A DNA stretch of 63,081 nucleotides, the filler included, from Octopus bimaculoides (lineage: Eukaryota), in assembly GCF_001194135.2 (NCBI RefSeq). It is 8 parts of 7 records of this genome, joined end to end, with 100 filler letters (N's around TTAATTAATTAA, not from the genome) between each part and the next. Parts side by side here need not be neighbours in the genome. Positions count along the whole stretch, not along the records: positions 10,437 to 23,367 come from NC_069000.1; positions 23,468 to 26,794 come from NW_026304565.1; 6 more parts are not named here. The stretch is one strand, 5' to 3'. Shown in pieces: positions 12,727 to 25,032 of this stretch. The position numbers were made by a program, and so were the translations under genes. The notes beneath the pieces were generated by a model. It saw nothing but the letters and a program-made list of their open reading frames with translations, made no database searches and was not told the DNA's origin. Position 1 is the first letter of the stretch. The number at the start of each line of letters is the position of its first letter.

Positions 12727-13676
12727 CATATATAAAATTTAATAACAGTTTGACTCAGCTGCTAGATAAATGGATCCTGTCTTAGAGGTATGATTATTAT
12801 TTTGTGTACTTTTGTCATAACAGAAATGAAGCAGAGTTGTTTTGATTTGTATAGCTGCACACAAAAGAATAAAAACAGCATTTACAAGTGTAGAAACAAT
12901 AATATACTGCAGTGTACAAACAATACAGAGAATAGACATGCAATATGTAATTGGCAGGAAACAACAGTGTAGTAACAACAGCATATTAGTGTAAAAACTG
13001 CAGTATACAATATACACTGATACAAACACACATCTTACAGGAGTTATTTTCCCTTGTTTATTTTTAATATTTAAGCACCCTTGGAGTTTTGTCTATTGTT
13101 TGAATAGATAATCTCAGTTTGTCTTTTTTTACTCACTATATTATGTAAGTGAAACTACTGTTTTTAAATAAACATACTGTTAACCCAAGAGTGTAGGTGA
13201 GAAGGAATGAAGATAAACACTTGTACACAGAAAAAATAAAATCTGGTGAAATTTCAGATTAGACAGTTATGAAGTCTTAGTCTAAACTGTCTTCCAGAAC
13301 ATCCCTGATTAATGAGGAAAAGAAAAGAGAAATGAGTTAAAATAGAATAGAACATATATTGAAATCCACAAGGGATCTTCTACATGGTCACTCATCTTGC
13401 TAGAAACAACAGTTAATTTCCCTTCAAAAAAGAAAATGACAGGACACATTGGGCAATGTAACCCTAAATACACAATACTGGAAGAAAATAATGGAACAAC
13501 AGTTGGAATGTCTTTGATTGTAGGTCAGCATGATCTGAGTTGACCTGGGGTTAAACAACAACAGGGTCTACAAAGGATGCAAGTGCTTAGCCTTTCTTCT
13601 GACAAAGCCTTTAAAAAAGTGGGTTAACAGGACATATCCACTTAGCTGTTGTTTCTTTTTAGAATTGTTTCCTTAC

Positions 13677-13811
13677 CTGGTTCAATGGAATGTTATGACC
13701 AACCATACAGCGGAGACAGTAGATGAGTGCTGACAGTGTTATGGCCCGGGGAGCATTACAGTTGCCATGTACCTGGTGTGTTGTGCCAGTGAAGTCAAAT
13801 ACTGCTGTCCC
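13677..13811 (-). CDS. OPLAH: 5-oxoprolinase exon, directly following the 17822-17968 exon
   Basis: tttcag|GGGACA...AACCAG|gtaagg; 135 nt, phase 0-0; [45 protein letters not shown] versus [50 protein letters not shown]. Confidence 0.95.
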
Positions 13812-13870
13812 CTGAAATAAACACACATTTCTAAGAAAGTTTCAATATTTAGGGTATGGGTGATGATAAT

Positions 13871-14251
13871 TGTTGTTGTTGGCACTCCGTCGCTTACGAC
13901 GTCGAGAGTTCCAGTTGATCCGATCAACAGAACAGCCTGCTCGTGAAATTAACGTGCAAATGGCTGAGCACTCCACAGACACGTGTACCCTTAACGTAGT
14001 TCTCGGGGATATTCAGCATGACACAGTGTGACAAGGCTGTCCCTTTGAATTACAGGCACAGCAGAAACAGGAAGTAAGAGTGAGAGAAAGTTGTAGTGAA
14101 AGAGTACAGCAGGGTTTGCCACCATCCCCTGCTGGAGCCTCGTGGAGCTTTAGGTGTTTTCGCTCAATAAACACTCATGACGCCCGGTCTGGGAATCGAA
14201 ATCCTATGACCGCAAGTCCGCTGCCCTAACCACTGGGCCATTGTGCCTCCA
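13871..14251 (-). mobile_element. tRNA-derived SINE, family C (full length); further copies at 24591-24905 (-) and 26211-26530 (+)
   Basis: Head tggaggcacaatggcccagtggttagggcagcggac...ttcgattccc with pol III A/B boxes, body gagaactacgttaagggtacacgtgtc, (CAA)n tail. Confidence 0.85.
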
Positions 14252-14373
14252 CGGATGATGATAATAAACTGTGACAATTAATATTCAATTGTAATCAGCC
14301 CTTGATCATAAGAAGAGCTAGATTAAGGCCAGCTGATGGCCTAAACACAGCCCAACTCTTCCACTGTCCAATT

Positions 14374-14700
14374 CAGTGACTTTCAAAGTAGTTTCTGAGG
14401 AACCCTGGGACTCCATGAAAAATATTCTGAGATTCCACAAAATAAGGTGTCTTTTAATAAAACTTAATAAACATATACTTTATAAAATAAATGCTATTCT
14501 CCATTTTTGAAAATAAATTATTGTGATTTTATTTCCACATGGGTAAATTTCCATACTAAAACAATTTTCTTTTTACTAAATGTTTTATTGAAATTAAGCT
14601 AGTGGTGGGGGAAATCATTTTTAAAATATTGGTATGGATTCAGCAAAATTTGGAAAATGGTAGAATGGGTTCTGTGTCAAAATTTGCTTGGGAATTATTG
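14374..14700. mobile_element. hAT-type MITE (degenerate)
   Basis: cagtgactttcaaagt...gaggaaccc / gggttctgtg...gggaattattg; flanks gtccaatt and gtgtaact. Confidence 0.55.
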
Positions 14701-15659
14701 GTGTAACTGACAAAACTAACATGTAACTAGCACTGAATAAATATTGCTTAAAAATTCAGTTTTCTTCCTGGTTGAACCCCACAACTATTTAAAATATAAC
14801 CTGTATATTTAATTTTACGTAATTAACATTAAATAGCAGGAGGCAATAGAAACAAATTATGTGTTTAGAACAAGGGAAACAGTAAAAAAAAAAAATGTAA
14901 ATTTTCAATGCTTAAAAGGTAAAAAAGCCCAATAAAAACACTATAATTTACCATTTGCACCCATTAAATCCAGAATTGGAAAACTAAACTAGCTCTCTTA
15001 TCCACTCGATGCCTTAAGCACATACTTATATTGTTTAATGGTTAATCCATGCTGGTTCAAAGGGGTTAATGATTATGAAACTGTGAAGAAAGTAGCAATA
15101 TCCAAATTGTCCTCTGTAATAGTCATTACCACTACTGCTGCTACTACCACCATCATCACCACTTCTCCTCCACCACCATCATCATCAGGGTAATTCAGAT
15201 TTATGACTTAAGCTGTGGTATTAAGGTAATTAGGGAGTGCAGAAGGCAAAAATGACAGGGCACTAACAAATTAGTGAAGAGAGCAATGGTTTAAACCTGT
15301 GCTGTTGATACTGTGATGTATCCATATTCAAGGCACTTAACTCTCAATTAATCCAATCTATTCTGGCTACAAATAGGTACCTTAGAGCTGAGTTAACTCA
15401 AGAGCATTTTTGCTTTGTATTTAGCAGACTATAAGGATATGTAATACCAACTCTCAACACTGATTTCTCTTGCATAATGGAGATATGTTTTTAGGAATAG
15501 GTATAGGATTTTCTGGCAAAGTTACCTGCCTTACAGAATAGCTTTCTTTCTAGGAAAATATTTATTGCTTAACCACTTAATACCACAGGAACTGGAGTAA
15601 GTGATTGTTTATGAAAAGACTAATTAATGAAAGATATAAAACACAAAGATTGCAGATTT

Positions 15660-16260
15660 CAAGGTTGTTCCTGCTGTCATAAATTCCACACATGGTTGCT
15701 CTTCTATCAGTACATTTCATGGTTGTCTGTGTTGCTATTCAGTGTACACATTTCATAGTTGTTTCTGTTATCATTTACTGCACATATTTCATGGTTGTTC
15801 CTGCCATCATCTCTGAATACATTTTGTGGTTATTCCTGCTGTCATCTACTAAATACTTTATGTGGCTGTATCTTTTACTATCTACTGTACATATTTCATG
15901 ATTATCCCTGCTGTCATTTGCTGTTCATATATCATGGTTGTTCCCAGTGTCCTCCATGCATGCAATTTAAGGTTGTTTCTATCATCTACACATTTCTTGG
16001 TTGTCATGGTTACTATGTGCAGTACACATTTCATGATTATCTTCATCATCTACTGTATAAATTTCATATATGTCTCTGCTAACATCTACTGTAAACATGT
16101 AGTTAATTTTCCTGCTACATTTCAAGATTGTCTGTGTTACAGTTTACTGTGTACATTTCATGGTTGTTGTTGCTGTCGTCTATACACTTCCTAGTTGTCT
16201 ATGTTATTGTCTACTTGTATACATGTTTTAGTTATTCCTGCTGTCAGCTACATATGCACT
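15660..16260. repeat. Degenerate minisatellite of about 34-36 bp
   Basis: Recurring acatttcatggttgttcctgctgtcatctactg-like unit. Confidence 0.8.
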
Positions 16261-16969
16261 CATTTTTCTAAACAACTTTTTACAGACCACACTGATTCAG
16301 AGAAATGGACAAGATAAATGTCCATGGTAAGATGCAGGCCCCTGGTAGATTGTATTTCTTGTGTGAGGTAACTAAACTTTCTAGTTCTATTCATGTTGCA
16401 GTATGTCAAATTACCTATAAAAACTATTTAAAGCAGACTTAGATGGATATGTGTCTCGACCATCATCATTTTAACATCCACTTTTCCTATGGGCTGGATG
16501 GAGTTTGTTGAGGCATATTTTCTACAGCCAGATGTAGAAAATCTTCCTATCACTAACCCTCAACTGTTTCCAAGCATGGGCAGACATATTTTCACAGAAC
16601 ATTGGAAATGAATGATAGCTTGTGAGACAGTGACACATGATGCCAAGACAAGGAGACTCAAACATACACACACACAACAGGTTTCTTTCAGTTTCCAGTT
16701 ACCTAATCCATTCACAAAGCTTTGGTCATCCCAGAGCAATAATACAAGACACTTGCACAAGGTGTCATGCAGTGAGACTGAACTTGAAACCAAAGTTGGG
16801 AAGCAAGTTGTCAACCTCACAGCCACGCCTTCACCTATGGATACATCAAAAGTACCCGTGAATGAAGTGTGAGCTCCTTGATTTTTGTCCATTACTTTAT
16901 TGACTCTCAAATTCATACTCTACAATTTGCTTCCTTTCTAAAACTTAATTTGTTCTTTTACAAAATGTT

Positions 16970-17295
16970 TATGAGGGTTGGCTGAAAAGTTCATAGGCTG
17001 ACCAAGATACTTTCATGGAATGTGACCAAAGGAGGTTTTTTCAACATAACCTTCCACACACATCTTCCATCAATGTTGCAGTGCTTGGATCCCATTGGTG
17101 AAAAAACTTTCTTCTTGTTGGTTAAAAAAGTCAATACTAGATATAACTTCATCATCACTGCGATACTGGTTCCCAGCCGAGAGGTTTTTCAAGTTGGGGA
17201 ACAGATGATAGTCAGACAGGGTTAAATCAGTAGAATAGAGAGATTGATCAACAAGTTCAGAGCCACAATCATGCACAGCAGCCATTGAAACCAAG
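16970..17295 (-). mobile_element. Mariner 3' fragment with TIR
   Basis: SLYSTDLTLSDYHLFPNLK...YRSDDEVIS...FFTNGIQALQH; end tatgagggttggctgaaaagttc. Confidence 0.85.
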
Positions 17296-17537
17296 GACTT
17301 GTATACTGGAGAGAAAAGTAATTATTTAATGCCATCAGTCCAATAAAATGCATCTCCTAGTCCACATTATAAAGTAGCTAGTGATAGAAGAGCTATCCAA
17401 TTGTAGAAAATTAAACCAAAATAAAGAAAAATGAACTACAGAAGATACATGGATTCCGTAAGCTGTATCTTGAGAAGCAGTAACAGTTGTCTAACCCATG
17501 TCAACATGGAGAAAATGAATGTAAAAATTATGTAGAT

Positions 17538-17772
17538 CAGTGGTTCTCAACCATTTTTTGCCCATGGACTCCTTTGATTCCTATTTTACTTTACTGGACC
17601 TCCACAGACATTCAATGTATATAAAAAAAAATTCCACTATATTTTTATGATAGCTATTAGGAATGGTATAAAAATTTTTTTTAATATTTTGCATATTGTA
17701 GAAGTATAAGCAATTTATTGCACATGAATTTTAACAACAAAATCTTATACGGACCCCAATTGAGAACCACTG
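17538..17772. mobile_element. hAT-Charlie-type MITE, 50 bp from the OPLAH donor site
   Basis: TIRs cagtggttctcaa / ttgagaaccactg. Confidence 0.85.
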
Positions 17773-17821
17773 ATGTGAACATATATTATGTTCACATCAC
17801 TGCAACAAAATTACAACAAAC

Positions 17822-17968
17822 CTTGCTCTCATTTATATCCACTCGCAGTCGAATACATGACCCATCATCCATAAAGTCCTCAGCAAACAGCTGAGTGCTT
17901 CCAGTACGTTTTCTTGTCTCTTTGGCAATAGAACGCAGCATATCACTGACAGCAATTTCAGCATTTTT
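17822..17968 (-). CDS. OPLAH: 5-oxoprolinase exon (hydantoinase B/oxoprolinase region)
   Basis: ttacag|AAAAAT...AGCAAG|gtttgt; 147 nt, phase 0-0; KNAEIAVSDMLRSIAKETRKRTGSTQLFAEDFMDDGSCIRLRVDINESK matches vertebrate OPLAH ANAELAVRDML...EDHMDDGSPIRLRVQI as recalled. Confidence 0.93.
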
Positions 17969-18531
17969 CTGTAAGAGGAAGCAGAACACACACAAATGGA
18001 ATTTAAATAAACGAGAAAACAAAAAAGTTAAGAGGACATCTAATAGCAATTAGAAGATATCTAATAGTACTAGTTGTTGCTTAGCATTTGGTCTGGCTAG
18101 TTCAATTCTATCATACACCACTCACTTTGATCAATAAAGGACTATTTGCAACTCTCTCAAGTTCCTTTCTGGAGGAGTATTTTTAAAAAAGTACACACTG
18201 TGATTGCTTAACCTAGAGAACAGCACTGATACAAGAAACCTTCGATCAAAAGTACCTCAGTTGCAACCATTTTTTACCAGACATAAAGTGTGTGTATGTG
18301 TGTATGTGTATGTAAGTGTGTGTATATAATAAATAATTTATATATATATTATCTAATTGAATGTGACATATCAATTTCCAAGTATGTGTGTGTGTGTGTG
18401 AAAAGGTTGAATTATATTTCTTCCTTTTTATTTTGGAGGGTTCCGAAAAACGATTTCTAATAAAGATTCTTCATATTTTGCTGGTAGCTTACTGGCATAA
18501 GTTAGGGAATATGAAAATAATACTCATATGT

Positions 18532-18690
18532 GGTGTGTTATGTGAATTTATAGAAAGGTATCCCATAGAACTCAACAAATTTGTTAAAAATGGAGAACAG
18601 AAGATGTTAAAATTTTAACATCTTCTCTTCATTTTTAACAAATTTGTTGAGTTCTATGGGATACCTTTCCATAAATTCACATAACACCAT
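18532..18690. repeat. Near-perfect spacerless palindrome of about 160 bp
   Basis: ggtgtgttatgtgaatttat...gatgttaaaa|ttttaacatc...ataaattcacataacacc, centre at about 18612/18613. Confidence 0.9.
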
Positions 18691-18733
18691 ATATATATAT
18701 ATATTAAAATAAGCAACAGGATATCAAGAGTTG

Positions 18734-18821
18734 ATGCAGTATGACCGTTTCAAGCGGCTCCATTTAATTAAACATTACAATCATTACAACAGTTTAAATG
18801 CAGGGCTATCCTCAGCTGCAT
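18734..18821 (-). ncRNA. Decayed hammerhead-like motif in the left arm of a foldback
   Basis: ATGCAG-CTGAGGA-TAGC...GCTT-GAAAC-GGTC-ATA-CTGCAT: 6-bp stem I; defects at positions compatible with CpG decay (GTA to ATA, C to T before GAAA). Confidence 0.5.
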
Positions 18822-19209
18822 AAATAAATAAGTAGAATTTTTTAATCAGTTAGACACATTAATAGGATTTTACTGAAATTCTCTAATAGAGCAAAAAGAT
18901 GGAGAAAGTTCATGTTACTACTAATGTGACTCAGAATATACTACACTTCTAAGAACTGTATGAAGTTTGTTAGGGTCATAGCTTGTAAATGATTGTGCCC
19001 CTTTAAAGGGGCAAGATGCTAATAAAAGTGAACCACAATCATTTACAAGCTATGACCCTAACAAATTTCATACAGTTCTTAGAAGTGTAGTATATTCTGA
19101 GTCACATTAGTAGCAACATGAACTTTCTCCCTCTTCTTGCTCTATTAGAGAATTTGAGTAAAATTATATTAATGTGTCTAACTGATTAAAAAATTCAATT
19201 TATTTATTT

Positions 19210-19275
19210 ATGCAGCTGAGGATAGCCCTGCATTTAGATAGATGTAATGGAGCCGCTTGAAACAATCATACAATC
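19210..19275 (+). ncRNA. Decayed hammerhead-like motif in the right arm of the same foldback
   Basis: ATGCAG-CTGAGGA-TAGC...GCTT-GAAAC-AATCATA; mirror of 18734-18821, 3' strand of stem I degraded. Confidence 0.4.
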
Positions 19276-19656
19276 ACCTCTTGATATACTGTTGCTTATT
19301 TTAATTTGATTTTATTCACCTTACTTTGAGTTGTGTAGATAATACCATGCTAACTTGGTGCTCCAACGTAAGTACCTAATTCAACAGAATCTCAATTATT
19401 TATATATACCTATATATATAAAATTAATGTAGACAGCAGCGTGCAATGCTTCACCAAAAAGGAAAACTATAAGTGTCACTAAATGTGACTATATATATAT
19501 ATACACATGGAAAAATGCGAGCAAGAGAAATAGAAAATTACAGGACAAGTTATTACACTTGGAAAAGTTCAAGTCAACTTATTACATATGGTAAAGTACA
19601 GAACAAGAAAATTTTTATTTACATTTGATGGATATTTGTCCTCATTTTGTTTGTTG

Positions 19657-19701
19657 TTGACATGTTTTGGCTGATATGCCCTCCAGCTTTCATCAGGTGT
19701 C
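19657..19701 (-). ncRNA. Inactivated copy of the 44288 hammerhead family
   Basis: GACAC-CTGATGA-AAGCTG...CAGCC-AAAAC-ATG; same flanks as 44240-44380 but GAAA changed to AAAA. Confidence 0.6.
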
Positions 19702-19765
19702 TTGGGGAAATTTCAAACCTGGGTTCTTATTCCTAAGGTATTTTTTAATGTTATTATTGTTATTA

Positions 19766-19799
<34 letters not shown>

Positions 19800-19800
<1 letters not shown>

Positions 19801-21200
19801 TAGTTTTATTTTTATAATGTGCTTTCACTTCACTACTGAGCACAGCTCTGTGTGCCTTGCGTATGTGCTGTGGTTTGCTGTGATGCTCTTATGGTTACTG
19901 TATTCAAAGTGTTTTGCGTAAGATGTATGCAGTGCCCAGTTGTGCAATTTTCTGTATGTTATATATATTTGTAAGTCCTGGTGTTTTTGTTATGTATTTG
20001 TCTGAATATTTTTTTATTATACCTAAGGCACCTACTATGATAGGAATTGTTTCTGTTTTTAGGTTCCACATTCGAGTTACCTCTATTTCCAGGTCTTTGT
20101 ATTTTGAAAGTTTCTCCATTTCTTTTNNNNNNNNNNNNNNNNNNNNNNNNNNNNNNNNNNNNNNNNNNNNNNNNNNNNNNNNNNNNNNNNNNNNNNNNNN
20201 NNNNNNNNNNNNNNNNNNNNNNNNNNNNNNNNNNNNNNNNNNNNNNNNNNNNNNNNNNNNNNNNNNNNNNNNNNNNNNNNNNNNNNNNNNNNNNNNNNNN
20301 NNNNNNNNNNNNNNNNNNNNNNNNNNNNNNNNNNNNNNNNNNNNNNNNNNNNNNNNNNNNNNNNNNNNNNNNNNNNNNNNNNNNNNNNNNNNNNNNNNNN
20401 NNNNNNNNNNNNNNNNNNNNNNNNNNNNNNNNNNNNNNNNNNNNNNNNNNNNNNNNNNNNNNNNNNNNNNNNNNNNNNNNNNNNNNNNNNNNNNNNNNNN
20501 NNNNNNNNNNNNNNNNNNNNNNNNNNNNNNNNNNNNNNNNNNNNNNNNNNNNNNNNNNNNNNNNNNNNNNNNNNNNNNNNNNNNNNNNNNNNNNNNNNNN
20601 NNNNNNNNNNNNNNNNNNNNNNNNNNNNNNNNNNNNNNNNNNNNNNNNNNNNNNNNNNNNNNNNNNNNNNNNNNNNNNNNNNNNNNNNNNNNNNNNNNNN
20701 NNNNNNNNNNNNNNNNNNNNNNNNNNNNNNNNNNNNNNNNNNNNNNNNNNNNNNNNNNNNNNNNNNNNNNNNNNNNNNNNNNNNNNNNNNNNNNNNNNNN
20801 NNNNNNNNNNNNNNNNNNNNNNNNNNNNNNNNNNNNNNNNNNNNNNNNNNNNNNNNNNNNNNNNNNNNNNNNNNNNNNNNNNNNNNNNNNNNNNNNNNNN
20901 NNNNNNNNNNNNNNNNNNNNNNNNNNNNNNNNNNNNNNNNNNNNNNNNNNNNNNNNNNNNNNNNNNNNNNNNNGTATTTACCATGTAGGGGCTTTTCTTG
21001 CCATCGTTTTACCATGGTCCGTTCCTGTTCTAGTTTTAGTTTGGATTTCATTTGTTTTATAGCTTTTGTTGTTTCTTCTTCTTTTTCTTCTTTGTATTTA
21101 TTAGGTAGTATGATTTCTTGTTTGTATTTGTCAGCTTCCTTAAATACTGAAAACAGTTTTTTGTTTTGCTCGTGTTTTGTGGCTATTTGTATTAGTTTAT
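19800..21200 (-). mobile_element. R4/Dong-like LINE 3' part embedded in (TAA)n
   Basis: KRWQEKPLHGKY [gap] EKLSKYKDLEIEVTRMWNLKTETIPIIVGALG...LGTAYILRKTL*; (TTA)n on both sides. Confidence 0.88.
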
Positions 21201-22699
21201 TATTATTATTATTATCATTATTATTATCATCATTATTATTATTATTATTCAGGTCACTGCCTGGAATCAAACTCAGAATTTTTACTTAAAATATTGCAGC
21301 TAAGGATACAATTTCAAATAAAATATTTAGATTTAGAAAATATTAGTTTTTATTAAAACTATCTGTTATTACTTGTTACTTCTATTAAAAATGAAAAATA
21401 ACTCAATAAAAATATTTTTTTCACTTTAAAAAATTCATTGTTTTAATTATTAACTAATAATTAGAAATTTGAAAATAGGTTATAAAAAATAATAGTAGTA
21501 CATAATTAGTTAGTACAATAAATAGAATAATACAAACATTAGTTATATATTACAGTAAAATCTACCTATAACAACAAATTCACAGCAAAATTTGCTTGAG
21601 TTATTGCCTAAGTCTTCACATTTTTAGTCTTGACCCAATGCCTATTTTTTACATAATGAATTTGCCTACCATATATACTATTCTACTTTGCATAAAACTT
21701 TAGCTATATTGGTACTTCTGGTTCTCATTTTTTAAGTATTCCTGTGTGTCAATATTTTAACAAAATGATGCTACCTTTTTTAATTATAATGTTACTTTGT
21801 AAATTAAAGTAAAATAATTTCTAATATTGAAATTTTATCCTTAGCTGCAATATTTTAAGTAAACATTTTCTTGTTCTGTACTACACCAGATGTAATAAGT
21901 TGTCCTGAACTTTTCCAAGTGTAATAACTTGTCCTGTAATTTTCCAGGTTTATAATCTTAAGAATATTATTTCTCTTGATTGCATTTTTCTGTGTAATCC
22001 ATGTTTTTCTCAGGCTAAGCCATTATGCTAATTAATAATGTGTCAAATGTGTCAATTAGCAGTGTCATTTATAATTTTTTCCTTACCTCAATCACACCAG
22101 TGACATATATTAAAAGTCTCCTTATAGAACTATATTCATAAAAAAGTATAGAACTATATTATCACCCTCAGATTTGAGAAACAAACACTCATAACTTTTT
22201 TCTTTTAAAATTTCATTCTATGAGATCGATACCATGAAATTCCATGAATTGAGCTCTATCATTTAAGTTTAATTAAAATATAGCTTGTTTTTAAAATAAA
22301 AAAGTTAATTATACTTAAATTCAGTTTTTTGCCTTATTTATATGTTTTCATGATACAACTTTTCTGATACAAATTTTTGTTGCATAGGACCAAAACAACG
22401 AATCATTGAAGCTAAGATAAATACATTTTACTTTAAAAATAAAAAAAAGTTATTTAGATCTAAACTTGATTGGTGGTGTTACTTACTCTCATATAACGTT
22501 GCTACAAATTTTGTTATAGACTTTTTTTCTACTGGATCAAATCTCAATTTTTTAATGCCAAAATGTAGCTAGGGACCAGTCCTCTTCAAAAATGTTAAAA
22601 GTTTTCAATTTAGTTAAGAACTGAATTAGCAACAAGCTCTGAAAGATGCTGTGTGTGAGTAAATTGCGGCCTTAAGAATATTATTCAACTACTACTGTA

Positions 22700-23367
22700 G
22701 TTGAATGATGATGATGATGATCATCGTTTAACATCCACCTTCCATGCTAGCATGGGTTGGACGATTTGACTGAGGACTGGCAAACCAGAAGGCTGCACCA
22801 GGCTCTAATCTGATCTGGCAGAGTTTCTACAGCTGGATGCCCTTCCTAACGCCAACCACTCCGAGAATGTAGTGGGTGCTTTCACGTGCCACTGGCACAA
22901 GGGCCAGTCAGGTGGTACTAGCAATGGCCACACTCAAAATAGTGTTTTTTACATGCCACCTGCACAGGAGCCAGTCCAGCGGTACTGGCAACGACCTCGC
23001 TTGAATGTTTTCTAATGTGCCACCAGCACAAGTGCCTGTAACGCGATGATGGTAACGATCACGCTCAAATGGTGCTATTTACGTGCCACTGGCACGGAAG
23101 CCAGACAGCTGCTCTGGCAATGATCCTGCTCGGATGGTGCTCTTAGTGCTCCACTGGCACAGGTGCCAGTCATCGAATTTGGTTCAATCACGGTTTCGAT
23201 TTCACTTGCCCCAACAGGTCTTTGAAGGCAGAGTTTACTGTCCAATGAAGGAGAGGTTGGCATGGGTGCCAGTTGTCAAATTTGGATTGATTTCATTTGC
23301 CTCAACAGGTCTTCTCAAACAGAGTTTAGTGTCCAATGAAGGAAAGGTATGCAAAAGTGGGCTGGCA
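22700..23367 (-). mobile_element. RTE LINE 3' UTR
   Basis: (ATC)n then gtttaacatccaccttccatgctagcatgggttggacg..., the same tail as the other RTE copies. Confidence 0.85.
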
Positions 23368-23467
23368 NNNNNNNNNNNNNNNNNNNNNNNNNNNNNNNNN
23401 NNNNNNNNNNNTTAATTAATTAANNNNNNNNNNNNNNNNNNNNNNNNNNNNNNNNNNNNNNNNNNNN

Positions 23468-23498
<31 letters not shown>

Positions 23499-25032
23499 AC
23501 ACACTCACACTCACATACATATTTACTCGTGCATGCGACAACGAATGCTGTAAAATATTATTTCTCCTCCTCCTCCCCTTGCAAGTTATATTACAGTCAA
23601 GTGACATATAAATCGCCACTAGCCAAAAACCTAGAAGATATAGAATGTGTAGTTTCTGGTTATCTGATTCTCTGTCGTTTATATTCGTTGAGCTATCAAG
23701 TATTTGATCTAAAGCGATAATAACCACATTGCAAGTGTTTTAAATGTTTTCTGCTAAGTTGCATTTTGCTCAGCAGATACTTACTTACAAATGGTGTAAA
23801 ACATTATTCCAAAAAGAATGATGACAAAATATAAAAATGACACGAATGCCTTATTGCGTTTATCGTGGAGATTTACACAGGCTCCTTCAATGTAAACTGT
23901 TATATAATATGTTATTTCCTTAGCAATTTTACTCAATGTCTTTTCTATTTTATTTTTGTGGCTATTTTTTCTTTATGAACAAATATTCATATATATATAT
24001 ATANNNNNNNNNNNNNNNNNNNNNNNNNNNNNNNNNNNNNNNNNNNNNNNNNNNNNNNNNNNNNNNNNNNNNNNNNNNNNNNNNNNNNNNNNNNNNNNNN
24101 NNNNNNNNNNNNNNNNNNNNNNNNNNNNNNNNNNNNNNNNNNNNNNNNNNNNNNNNNNNNNNNNNNNNNNNNNNNNNNNNNNNNNNNNNNNNNNNNNNNN
24201 NNNNNNNNNNNNNNNNNNNNNNNNNNNNNNNNNNNNNNNNNNNNNNNNNNNNNNNNNNNNNNNNNNNNNNNNNNNNNNNNNNNNNNNNNNNNNNNNNNNN
24301 NNNNNNNNNNNNNNNNNNNNNNNNNNNNNNNNNNNNNNNNNNNNNNNNNNNNNNNNNNNNNNNNNNNNNNNNNNNNNNNNNNNNNNNNNNNNNNNNNNNN
24401 NNNNNNNNNNNNNNNNNNNNNNNNNNNNNNNNNNNNNNNNNNNNNNNNNNNNNNNNNNNNNNNNNNNNNNNNNNNNNNNNNNNNNNNNNNNNNNNNNNNN
24501 NNNNNNNNNNNNNNNNNNNNNNNNNNNNNNNNNNNNNNNNNNNNNNNNNNNNNNNNNNNNNNNNNNNNNNNNNNNNNNNNNNNNNNNNNNCGTGAAATTA
24601 ACGTGCAAGTGGTTGAGCACTCCACAGACCCGTGTACCCTTAACGTAGTTCTCGGGGATATTCAGCGTGACACAGTGTGACAAGGCTGACCCTTTGGATT
24701 ACAGGCACAACAGAAACAGGAAGTAAGAGTGAGAGAAAGTTGTGGTGAAAGAGTACAGCAGGGTTCGCCACCATCCTCTGCCGGAGCCTCGTGGAGCTTT
24801 AGGTGTATTCGCTCAATAAACACTCACAATGCCCGGTCTGGGAATCGAAAGCGCGATCCTATGACCGCGAGTTCGCTGCCCTAACCACTGGGCCATTGCG
24901 CCCCCACACATTAGTATAGTATAGTATTATATCGCATAGGATAATCTGTTGAACGTTGCATAAACTGGAGAGGTAGAAAAAGTAAAGAAAAGGGACATAG
25001 ATCACAAACAAAATTCCGTTATTTGTTTAGAC

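Larger units (their letters stand above)
18703..19305. mobile_element. Foldback of about 600 bp with arms of about 295 bp, Penelope-like terminal repeat pair
   Basis: aaaataagcaacaggatatcaagag...gattgtg mirrored by cacaatc...ctcttgatatactgttgcttatttt; centre contains the perfect palindrome tgcccctttaaaggggca. Confidence 0.85.
19503..21997. mobile_element. Foldback/MITE-like element whose left arm is split by a nested insertion of about 1.65 kb
   Basis: 19503-19615 plus 21281-21330 together form the reverse complement of about 21810-21997. Confidence 0.7.

Noticed and set aside
13240-13330. Strong minus-strand acceptor followed by GGATGT (GC...), the expected start of the next OPLAH exon
   Set aside because: Continues GCSGRQFRLRLHNCLI*, with no similarity to GCLxP...GGNVLTSQ.
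15660-16260. Regularly spaced repeats resembling a CRISPR array
   Set aside because: Degenerate head-to-tail minisatellite with no unique spacers, no cas genes and a eukaryotic context.
16286-16326. Plus-strand mini-exon-like segment (tttttacag...CATG|gtaaga)
   Set aside because: Isolated 41 nt with no partner exon or homology; expected by chance.
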